A DNA stretch of 64,000 bases, taken from the NCBI GenBank assembly GCA_963815455.1, contig CAWFGO010000003.1, positions 448,001 to 512,000 on the forward strand, given 5' to 3'. The notes below the pieces were generated by a model, which made no database searches, was not told the origin of the DNA, and was given only the letters and a program-made list of their open reading frames with translations. Origin of the DNA: an uncultured Verrucomicrobiae bacterium. GTDB taxonomy: Bacteria > Verrucomicrobiota > Verrucomicrobiia > Chthoniobacterales > UBA10450. Shown piece after piece: positions 42,594-51,155 of this stretch. The position numbers were made by a program, and so were the translations under genes. Every line of letters starts with the position of its first letter. Position 1 is the first letter of the stretch.

Positions 42594-42989
42594 TCATCTG
42601 AACCCCTGAAAATCAAAATTGCCGAGGAAGCGCACGGGCGCAGTCGGATTAACGGTGACCCGCTTCGGGTCAAACTCAACCCAGTGAAACACTAGCATCG
42701 TGGACGCGGAAGCAATCCCCGCTGCCTCTGCCGCCGCCACAACAGCGTCTGCGTAGTCACGCCAGCACGAGAACTCCTCGACAAGCTCGCGAATCGAAAC
42801 TGGCTGCGGTGTAACCGCCATCTCCGGGCCTCGTCGGTCGGCGATGCGAAAACCAAAATCCCGCTCAAACCCTCGGTCAAGATTCATGTAGTCGTCTGCC
42901 TGCAACTCGTCGGTGAATGAGCCAATCCAAACGGCAACACGCCCCTGAACGGTGATGTCGTCTTGGTGGAATGATGGCTGAGTAGTCAC
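42594..42989 (-). CDS. Immunity protein (Imm22-like) cassette gene
   Basis: VAVWIGSF...DDY...FERDFG...RFLGNF pattern; GTG start; followed by attC. Confidence 0.55.
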   Translation of the reverse strand: MTTQPSFHQDDITVQGRVAVWIGSFTDELQADDYMNLDRGFERDFGFRIADRRGPEMAVTPQPVSIRELVEEFSCWRDYADAVVAAAEAAGIASASTMLVFHWVEFDPKRVTVNPTAPVRFLGNFDFQGFR

Positions 42990-43005
42990 AGCAACGTAGT
43001 AACGT

Positions 43006-43245
43006 CTATCTGTCCAATCTGTCGAGTTCATCCCGACCGCATCCCGTCTTGTAATAACGCTCCTTTCGCTCAGCATCCGTTCGGGTTGCGAAACTTTCCG
43101 TGTGCAAAACGATTCACGGGACACCATGCCGTGTTGCTTTTGAGTGACCAGCATTGTGGCGACGAACCCTCTCGTCCACGTCTTCGCATGATCCAACATA
43201 GCGCCGGCCGGTCTTCCTATTTCGCAAGACGTAGACATGAAACAT
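43006..43245 (-). pseudogene. GIY-YIG nuclease with an in-frame TGA at the conserved Trp (43114-43116)
   Basis: MFHVYVLRNRKTGRRYVGSCEDVDERVRRHNAGHSKATRHGVP*IVLHTESFATRTDAERKERYYKTGCGRDELDRLDR. Confidence 0.85.
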
Positions 43246-43274
43246 AGCGACAGTTGTTAGCCTCGCTTTTGACA

Positions 43275-43348
43275 TCGGGCTGGCGGGATTTGAACCCACG
43301 ACCTCTTGAACCCCATTCAAGCGTTCTACCAAGCTGAACTACAGCCCG
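43275..43348 (-). tRNA. tRNA-Pro (GGG), CCA not encoded
   Basis: CGGGCTG/CAGCCCG acceptor stem, anticodon arm CTTGA-ATGGGGT-TCAAG, T loop TTCAAAT. Confidence 0.95.
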
Positions 43349-43398
43349 CGAGTTGGTTGCGAACTATTCACTAAATCAAGAAGATCGCCAGTCTCCCT

Positions 43399-43465
43399 TG
43401 TAGCGGCGCTCTCCGAGCGTCGCGCTATTCGATCCAATTTGCGACGGTCGGAGACCGCCGCTACA
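43399..43465. repeat. GTAG REP doublet
   Basis: Same arms as 8352-8411. Confidence 0.85.
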
Positions 43466-43472
43466 GAGGAAG

Positions 43473-44594
43473 ATGTTTAGCGCCGGAATCGTTGGTTTGC
43501 CCAATGTCGGCAAGTCCACCTTGTTCAATGCCGTTACTCGCACGCATAAAGCGCCGGCGGAGAACTATCCCTTTTGCACGATTGAGCCCAATGTCGGCGT
43601 AGTTGTCGTGCCCGACCCGCGACTGGCGAAGCTCGGCGAGATGTCGCACTCGCAAAAAATTGTGCCGACGGCGATCGAGTTTGTCGATATTGCCGGTTTG
43701 GTCAAAGGCGCGAGTGCCGGTGAAGGACTCGGCAACCAATTCCTCAGCCACATTCGCGAAGTGGACGCGATCGTGCAGGTGGTGCGCTGCTTTGAAAGCG
43801 CGGATATTCATCATGTCGCCGGCACAATCGATCCGGTCCGCGACATCGAGGTGATCAACACCGAGCTGGTGCTGGCCGATTTGGCCGCGCTTCAAAAGCG
43901 GCAGCATCGAGTGCAAAAGGAAGTTCGAGCCGGCGAGAAGGGAGCGAAAATCGAGAGCGCGATCGTCGAGAAACTGTTGCCGCATCTGGACGCAGGAAAG
44001 CCGGCAATCACGCTCGATCTTTCGCCTGAAGAAAAAATTGTGGCGCGCGAATTCTTCCTGCTGACCTCAAAACCGACACTCTTCGCCTGCAACGTTGCAG
44101 AAGCAGATCTCGCTGTAGCCGCGGGCGCCGACCGCGGCAGCGCTGCGCAACATCTCGCCGCGGTGCAGGATTACGCGCGACATCATTTTGGAACTGAGGC
44201 TGTGGTGATCAGCGCCCAAATTGAGAGCGAACTGGTCGATCTCGGTGAAGAGGAAGCGCGCGAATATTTGCGCGGGCTCGGGGTCGAGGACAGCGGCGTC
44301 AACGCACTGATCCGGGCGGTCTATCACCTGCTTGGATTACGCACCTATCTTACGACCGGTGAAAAGGAAACGCGGGCCTGGACGATTCACGCGGGCGACA
44401 AGGCGCCAGCCGCGGCGGGGGTGATCCATTCCGATTTCGAACGCGGGTTCATCGCCGCGGAAACGATCCACTACGACGAGCTGGTCGCGTTGGGTTCGTT
44501 CGCTAAGGCCCGCGACGCCGGCAAACTTCGCATCGAAGGCAAGGATTACGAAGTCCGCGACGGCGACGTGATCACGTTCCGGTTTAACGTCTAA
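43473..44594 (+). CDS. ychF: Redox-regulated ATPase YchF
   Basis: [35 protein letters not shown] domain. Confidence 0.96.
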   Translation: MFSAGIVGLPNVGKSTLFNAVTRTHKAPAENYPFCTIEPNVGVVVVPDPRLAKLGEMSHSQKIVPTAIEFVDIAGLVKGASAGEGLGNQFLSHIREVDAIVQVVRCFESADIHHVAGTIDPVRDIEVINTELVLADLAALQKRQHRVQKEVRAGEKGAKIESAIVEKLLPHLDAGKPAITLDLSPEEKIVAREFFLLTSKPTLFACNVAEADLAVAAGADRGSAAQHLAAVQDYARHHFGTEAVVISAQIESELVDLGEEEAREYLRGLGVEDSGVNALIRAVYHLLGLRTYLTTGEKETRAWTIHAGDKAPAAAGVIHSDFERGFIAAETIHYDELVALGSFAKARDAGKLRIEGKDYEVRDGDVITFRFNV

Positions 44595-44605
44595 CCGCGA
44601 CGCAA

Positions 44606-44697
44606 GTCATCCCGAGCGAAGTCGAGGGATCCCGTGGAACTATCTTTGCGTCATGCATCGGGATTCCTCGACTTCGCTTCGCTCCGCTCAGAATGAC
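44606..44697. repeat. GTCAT-type palindromic doublet
   Basis: GTCATCCCGAGCGAAGTCGAGGGATCCC...GGGATTCCTCGACTTCGCT..CTCAGAATGAC. Confidence 0.85.
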
Positions 44698-44722
44698 ACC
44701 GCTGTGGCCAGCGATGTCGATC

Positions 44723-45428
44723 CTACTCGGCCAGGTAAGAGAATCCGGCCGCAGTTTTCGCAACTCACGATCTCCTTGCCGCCTTTGACGGCTGCCGCTG
44801 TGGCAGTGGTCACTTTCATATGGCAACCGGTGCAAACTCCATGTTCCACCCCGACAACTGCCGCATCGCCTTTGCTGTTAAAAAGGCGCTCGAAACGGCC
44901 AAGCACATCTTCGTCGATCTGCCCGGCCAGATCCGCGCGTTCTTTGGTCAATTCACCCAGACGCGACTCCAGAGCCTTTGATTTTTCATCGAGATCTTTC
45001 ATTTGCCGGCTGAGTGAGTCTTTCAGAGTGCCGGCTTTGGCTTCTTCGCTGCTGAGTTCGGCTTTCACTTTGTCGGCTTGCAGCATGAACTCGAGTTCCT
45101 CGTCCTCGATCTTACGAATTTCACTTTCGTAGCGCTCGATCTCATGGCCGATGGCCTGGAACTCATCGTTCTTGCGCGTTTGATATTGCTGGGTCTTGAG
45201 CCGGGCGATGCTTTCGGTGCGGGTGCCCACATCGAGCTCCAGCTTCTTGCGATCGACTTCGATCTGGCGGCCTTTCTGCCTCAGCGCCTCGACACCGGCT
45301 ATGCTCGCCGCCAGTTGGGCTTCAACACTTTTGCGCTGCAACGGCACCGTGGCGATTTCATTTTGGATCTGCCTGATCTTTTGTTGTCGATCCTGGAGAA
45401 CGAGGAGTTGTTCCAATTCCGAATGCAC
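44723..45428 (-). CDS. Coiled-coil + C4 zinc ribbon protein (CT398/HP0958-like); extra base near 44737
   Basis: Long coiled coil, CTGC...CENCGRIL. Confidence 0.85.
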
Positions 45429-45493
45429 GCGGGCTGAAGGTATTGGCTCGGCGATGCGCCGTCAATCACCGCGCGAATCTTCGGCCAGCTCCT

Positions 45494-46306
45494 TCAGCGA
45501 ACCGGGGATGACTTCATCTCATCGAACGCCGCCAGAGCCTGCTCGGGACGCGCTCGCACCGCGATGCTTTCAGTCAGATTCACCCAGCGCACCGTTCCTG
45601 ATGAGTCGATGAGAAACTCCGCCGGACGGGCAATGTCGGAGCCTTTCGGTCCGGCCCCGGCGTGCAGCAAGTCATACCGCCGAGTCACTTCCGCTTTTTC
45701 GTCGGATAAGAAGCTAAAGGTGAAACCCATTTGCTTCGTATGCCGCCGATTGATTTCGGGCGAATCAACGCTGATTGCCACCACTCGGATCCCGCGCGAT
45801 TCGAAATCGGCAAGCTTTTGCTGAAAACCCCGCAACTCGGAGTTGCAGAAGGGTCACCAGAATCCGCGATAAAAAATCAGCACCACTGCGTTCGATCCGG
45901 AAACCAGATCGGCCAACGCCACGGGCTTGTCGTCTTTATCCGGCAGAGTGAAATCCGGTGCCTTTTGCCCGACCCGCGGTGCGCCGTTCGAGGACGGGAT
46001 TTGGCGCGCCGCGTAAAAGGAGCCGTAGGCAAAAAGGGCGAAGCTACACAGACTCAGTACGGCAAAGATCGATCCAAAAATCTTGCCGCGATAAATTTTC
46101 GGTTTTCCAAAAGCGCGAACCAGGCCGGTGATCAGCAAGAGTCCACCGGTCGCGAAAAGGAGCAGATTGGCCCAGGGAAAATCGCGCGTGACCGGGAAAA
46201 GAATAAAGAGCGGGAAACTAAAAAGGCCTGCCAGCACGAGCAGAAAACCAATCCAAACCGCCGAGTTCCAGTTTCGCTTCGTGCCCATGCTCATGCTCGT
46301 GATCAT
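45494..46306 (-). CDS. Membrane-anchored AhpC/TSA peroxiredoxin-like selenoprotein candidate (UGA at 45854-45856, WUPFC)
   Basis: 3 TM helices, VGQKAPDFTL, LIFYRGFW-TGA-PFCNSELRG in frame with VVAISVDS, FLSD, ARPAEFLID. Confidence 0.85.
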
Positions 46307-46362
46307 AATCGTAATCGAAATTCAAAAACAGTGTCGAGAACGGATTCACGCCGCATTTCGTC

Positions 46363-46465
46363 GTCATTCTGCAGCGAAGCGAAACGAAGTGGAGCGCAGT
46401 CGAGGAATCCCGCTCAGCAACCTCCACGTAACGCCTCGGGATCCCTCGACTTCGCTCGGGATGAC
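46363..46465. repeat. GTCAT-type palindromic doublet; hexamer tandem (CRTRMT) at 46286-46321 nearby
   Basis: GTCATTCTGCAGCGAAG..GTCGAGGAATCCC...GGGATCCCTCGACTTCGCTCGGGATGAC. Confidence 0.8.
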
Positions 46466-46534
46466 GAGAGCTGCGAAAACGTCCACGGCAAAAGGCGCTT
46501 GCGCTTTGCACGCGTTTTCTAAAAGCTCTGCGCA

Positions 46535-48910
46535 ATGGCGATTGCCGATCCCGCAAACCCGCCGAACGAATATCCAGACATCGTCGGCGCGAAACCGACC
46601 AATCCGCTGGCAGCCAATTTCAAACCGTTCATTCCGGCGTCGGTCCAATTGCCTGAGCTGACCTGGCCGCACCTGATTACGGGCACACTGTTGGGCATCC
46701 TTTTCGGCGCTTCATCACTTTACCTTGTGCTCAAAGTGGGGCTGACCGTCAGCGCTTCCATTCCGGTCGCGGTCATTTCAATCACGATCTTCCGCAGCCT
46801 CTCGAAATTGTTCAAAATCCCGGACGCTAACATTCTCCAGCACAACATCGTCCAAACCGCCGGTTCAGCCGGCGAATCGATCGCTTTCGGGCTGGGGGTG
46901 ACGATGCCGGCGATCATGATCCTCGGGTTCGATCTGGAAATCACGCGGGTGATGCTGGTCTCTGTTCTCGGCGGTTTACTCGGCATTCTGATGATGATCC
47001 CGCTGCGACGCGCGCTGATTGTCGATCAGCACGGCATTTTGAAATACCCCGAAGGCACGGCCTGCGCTGAGGTGCTAAAAGCTGCCGCCAGCAAGGAAAC
47101 GCTGGCCGTCTCCGACAAGACCCATACGACTCCGGACGCCGAGATTGTGAATGAAGAAGCCGCCGGCGGAGGAAAAATCATTTTTGGCGGTTTCGGCCTC
47201 GGCTTGATTTACTACGCGATTGAACGGGCGTTTTACGGCTGGAAGGAGATTCCGGAAAAGATTTTTGGTGCGCCGTTCAAAGGCGGATCGGTCGGCATCG
47301 AGATCAATCCAGCATTGTTAGGCGTGGGCTACATCATAGGCCCGCGCATCGCGTCCCTGATGTGCGCGGGAGGTGTGCTCTCCTACCTCGTCCTGATTCC
47401 GGCGATCAAGTTTTTCGGCGACCATATCCCGGGCACGCTTGCTCCGGGCAACATGCCGATCGCCGACATGACGCCGGACGACGTCCGGGACGCCTATGTG
47501 CTTTACGTCGGGGCTGGAGCGGTAGCGGCCGGTGGCATCATTAGCTTGTTTCGATCGCTGCCGACGATTTGGCACGGCATGAAAGGCGGAATGCGAGATT
47601 TGTTAGGTCAACATGGGCCGCGTGACGGCGGATTGCGAACGGATCGAGATTTGTCAATGCGCTTCGTGATCATCGGCTGTCTGGCGATCATCGCCGTCAT
47701 TATGGTCGTGCCGCAACTGCATCTCCAATGGAATTTGCTAGGGGCCCTGCTGATCGTCATTTTTGGATTTATTTTCGTCACCGTCTCTTCCCGGCTCACC
47801 GGAGAGATCGGCTCGTCTTCGACTCCCACTTCGGGAATGACAGTGGCGACGCTGCTGCTCACCTGTCTGGTGTTCCTGATTGTTGGCTGGACAGCGCCAC
47901 ACTATTACGTCACCGCGCTTTCCATCGGCGCGATTGTTTGCATCGCTAATTCCAATGGCGGTACGACATCTCAGGATCTAAAAACCGGGTTTCTGGTCGG
48001 CTCGACACCGAAGGCGCAACAGATTGCCATTCTGTTTGGCACGCTCGCATCCGCGCTGGTGCTCGGTTATGTCCTCCTGCTGCTGAACAACGGGAACACG
48101 GTCTACGTTCCCGTTCCGGCGACTACCGGGCTTGTGGCGCCGGCAAACGAACTTGGCGGGACCGAGAAGCTTCGCGGGTTGCAAGCGGTCTCGGATCCAA
48201 AAAGCTATCGTGTCTGGCAGCGATCCGATCCGAGCGGTGGGTCCGCCCAGCGCTATCTCGTGAACGAACGAGGCGTCCCAGTTTATCTGGTCGATCCCGG
48301 AATTAACGGCACGCATAAGTTCCGACCGGACGGTTCGAGCGTAATTAAATTCGGCGCCCCGAAAGCGACCTTGATGTCGTATATCATTAAGGGAATCCTC
48401 AGCCGCAAACTGCCGTGGACCCTGGTCTTGTTAGGCGCGATGATCGCGATCGTCCTGGAGATGAGTGGCATTCCCTCCCTCGCCTTCGCCGTAGGCGTTT
48501 ACCTGCCACTTTCGTCCTCCAGCCCAATTTGGGTTGGCGGGATGATGCGCTGGCTGGTCGATCGTTATCTAAAGGTAAAATTCCGTCACAAGAATCTTTC
48601 CGAACTTGAGCTTACCGCTGAGGGCGACAAGGGTCCGGGTGTCTTGCTCGCTTCCGGTTATATTGCCGGTGGCGCGCTTGCCGGCATCGTCATTGCCTTT
48701 ATGCAAGGATTCCCCGGCCATTTTGGCGAACGTTTGGCCGGATTCGGCAAGACGGTCGAAGATTGGTCCAACGCTCACAATCCTTTCTTCAACGGCGCAT
48801 ATGCCGACCTGCTCGCCTGCATCCCGTTTCTTGGGTTGTGCGTTTTACTCTACCTGGTCGGCCGCGACAGATTACTGGCGGTCAGACCGGCTCACGGAAA
48901 ACTCGAATAA
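46535..48910 (+). CDS. OPT family oligopeptide transporter
   Basis: LKVGLTVSASIP, NIVQTAGSAGE, YPEGTACAEVL, SQDLKTG, PKATLM. Confidence 0.9.
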   Translation: MAIADPANPPNEYPDIVGAKPTNPLAANFKPFIPASVQLPELTWPHLITGTLLGILFGASSLYLVLKVGLTVSASIPVAVISITIFRSLSKLFKIPDANILQHNIVQTAGSAGESIAFGLGVTMPAIMILGFDLEITRVMLVSVLGGLLGILMMIPLRRALIVDQHGILKYPEGTACAEVLKAAASKETLAVSDKTHTTPDAEIVNEEAAGGGKIIFGGFGLGLIYYAIERAFYGWKEIPEKIFGAPFKGGSVGIEINPALLGVGYIIGPRIASLMCAGGVLSYLVLIPAIKFFGDHIPGTLAPGNMPIADMTPDDVRDAYVLYVGAGAVAAGGIISLFRSLPTIWHGMKGGMRDLLGQHGPRDGGLRTDRDLSMRFVIIGCLAIIAVIMVVPQLHLQWNLLGALLIVIFGFIFVTVSSRLTGEIGSSSTPTSGMTVATLLLTCLVFLIVGWTAPHYYVTALSIGAIVCIANSNGGTTSQDLKTGFLVGSTPKAQQIAILFGTLASALVLGYVLLLLNNGNTVYVPVPATTGLVAPANELGGTEKLRGLQAVSDPKSYRVWQRSDPSGGSAQRYLVNERGVPVYLVDPGINGTHKFRPDGSSVIKFGAPKATLMSYIIKGILSRKLPWTLVLLGAMIAIVLEMSGIPSLAFAVGVYLPLSSSSPIWVGGMMRWLVDRYLKVKFRHKNLSELELTAEGDKGPGVLLASGYIAGGALAGIVIAFMQGFPGHFGERLAGFGKTVEDWSNAHNPFFNGAYADLLACIPFLGLCVLLYLVGRDRLLAVRPAHGKLE

Positions 48911-48914
48911 CGTT

Positions 48915-50921
48915 TTACGTCGATCTTGCCGCAGCCATCGACAAGATCCAGCGATACAGCACTAAGGCAATCACTGCGAAAGCCAGGCCGCCGATGATGA
49001 TCCCGGCAGTTTCAAAGCCCGGCCCGACTAGTGCCAGCGGCGCTCCTTTTCCGGAGAAGACGACGATCGCGGAAATCACGACGCCGATGATGCTTTCACC
49101 CACAATCAAGCCGGACGCCAGCAATACGCCGAGTTGTTCCGTCGCTTCCGGCTTCGGCGTGCGAGCGGCACGTTTGGAGAAAAGCCAGCCAACAATCGCA
49201 CCGACCACGATCATGAGCGTACTGGACGTTGGCAGATAAATCCCGAGGCCGACGGCGAGCGGCGGAACACGCAAGTGCTTTGTGAAGCGAGTGAGGACTT
49301 CATTGAGAACAATGATGCCTGCGCCAATCCATGCGCCGATTCGGATCAAGCTCCAATCGATGTCACCGGCAATGACGCCTTGCGCGAGAGAAGAAATCAG
49401 CCCGGCCTGCGGCGCGGGCAATGGATTGGGGCGCAGTTCGGCTCCGGGCGCGCCCACGAAACCGTAGGCGTGGTTTACCAGATCGAGCACTGGCGGAATC
49501 ACGAACGCGCCTGCGATTACGCCGATCACCAGCGCCACCTGCTGTTTCCATGGCGTGGCATCGACCAACTGCCCGGTCTTTAGATCCTGCAGGTTATTGT
49601 TTGCAATAGAAGCGACATTGAAGACTACGGCAGTGGTAAAAAGAGCGAATGCCATGAGCGCCTTGCTCGCATCGGGACCAACGTAGGGCTTAACGCCTAG
49701 CACGAGCAACAACGCAGCCCCGATCACCACCAAAATACCAATCCCCGATAGCGGGCTGTTTGAGGAACCGATCAGGCCCGCCATATAACCGGTGACCGCT
49801 GAGACGAAAAAACTCATGACGACGACATAGGCAAGACCGCCGATGACGAGAATTGTGAGATGCCCGCCGAGTCCGCTCGAATTACCAAAGTAACCGAGCA
49901 ACCAACCGATTGGCGCCATACAAACCAGGGTGATCACGGCAACGATCCCGATTGGGATATCGCGCTCGGTGATTGGCAGCGTATCGGCCTTCCCGGCCTT
50001 GCGCGCGCGCGAGGCTGCCATCGCGCCGGCGAGACCTTGGGCAACGGGTTTGACCAGCTTGAGCAACGTCCAGATCGCCGAGACGCCAATTGCGCCCGCG
50101 CCGACAAAACGGACTTTATGACTCCAGGTACTCTGCGCGAGTTGCGCCGCCGCAGTGGTAAGGTCCCCGGCGATTGCCGAATAATGCGGGACACCCCAGC
50201 CCCAACCGATTATCGCTCCAATCAGCATCGCGATTCCGACAGATAATCCGACCAAATGGCCGATGCCGAGCAACGCGAACGACAGGAAGAAATCGTAGCC
50301 GCTCACTGCGCCGCGCCGGCCGATTCGAAAAGTCTGCGCCACGTCGGCGGCAAACAGTTGCGTTGCGACAATCACAGCAAATACCGCTGATACAATCGAT
50401 CCCCATAAAACCGCGAGCAGACCGGCGCGGCCATGTTCGATATCGGCGGCATGGACCGAGTCTCCGGTGCTGCCAACCTTCAACACTTCGGCACATGCGA
50501 CACCTTCGGGATACGGCAGGTCGGAGTTTGTTACCAAAGCGCGCCGAAGCGGGATCGAATACATCACGCCGAGGATTCCCCCGAGTGCGCAGATCCAAAA
50601 CGACGTCCAGAACGGAAATTCCGTCCAGTATCCGATCATGATCAGCCCCGGCAGGACGAAGATGATTGCCGAAAGAGTGCCCGCGGCGGATGCGACCGTC
50701 TGCACAATGTTGTTTTCCTGGATCGTTGCCCCGCGAAAACTGCGCAGAATCGCCATCGAAATCACCGCCGCCGGGATCGAAGTGGAGAAAGTAAGACCGG
50801 CCTTGAGGCCGAAGTAGACATTCGCCGCAGTGAATACCACGGTAATGAAGACGCCAATAATCATGCCGCGAATGGTGAGTTCCGCGGGCGAACTGGCAGG
50901 GGTTTGTTGGTTGGCGTTCAC
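48915..50921 (-). CDS. OPT family oligopeptide transporter
   Basis: LKAGLTFSTSIP, ENNIVQT, PYPEGVACAEVL, LQDLKTG, PAPQAGL. Confidence 0.9.
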   Translation of the reverse strand: MNANQQTPASSPAELTIRGMIIGVFITVVFTAANVYFGLKAGLTFSTSIPAAVISMAILRSFRGATIQENNIVQTVASAAGTLSAIIFVLPGLIMIGYWTEFPFWTSFWICALGGILGVMYSIPLRRALVTNSDLPYPEGVACAEVLKVGSTGDSVHAADIEHGRAGLLAVLWGSIVSAVFAVIVATQLFAADVAQTFRIGRRGAVSGYDFFLSFALLGIGHLVGLSVGIAMLIGAIIGWGWGVPHYSAIAGDLTTAAAQLAQSTWSHKVRFVGAGAIGVSAIWTLLKLVKPVAQGLAGAMAASRARKAGKADTLPITERDIPIGIVAVITLVCMAPIGWLLGYFGNSSGLGGHLTILVIGGLAYVVVMSFFVSAVTGYMAGLIGSSNSPLSGIGILVVIGAALLLVLGVKPYVGPDASKALMAFALFTTAVVFNVASIANNNLQDLKTGQLVDATPWKQQVALVIGVIAGAFVIPPVLDLVNHAYGFVGAPGAELRPNPLPAPQAGLISSLAQGVIAGDIDWSLIRIGAWIGAGIIVLNEVLTRFTKHLRVPPLAVGLGIYLPTSSTLMIVVGAIVGWLFSKRAARTPKPEATEQLGVLLASGLIVGESIIGVVISAIVVFSGKGAPLALVGPGFETAGIIIGGLAFAVIALVLYRWILSMAAARST

Positions 50922-51155
50922 GATGTGATCTCCTTGGGTTTAGAAATAATGAGCGGTCTGCACTCTGCCCGACCGATTGAGAGCGGAGGATAATGTGAAA
51001 TCGCGGAAAGGGTCAAGACAGCGTCACTCCATTCGGAGCGCTGGCTAATCCTGCCCGAGGCCAACCGCCGCCCCGTTCCTACCACAAGATTTGTCGTAAC
51101 AAGCTTGGACTGAACCGCTGCGTGATAATATGTTCGTCGCCTTCACGTCCGAATA

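Noticed and set aside
43114..43116. Selenocysteine codon in the GIY-YIG gene
   Set aside because: The position corresponds to Trp, not Cys, and there is no convincing SECIS.
42594..43238. 214-aa ORF as a single protein
   Set aside because: Its 5' part is an alternative frame of the GIY-YIG gene; the real start is probably GTG at 42989.
42410..43348. Conventional integrase genomic island at tRNA-Pro
   Set aside because: Under 1 kb, no recombinase, and the duplicated end has the anticodon arm replaced by a palindrome also seen at tRNA-Val.
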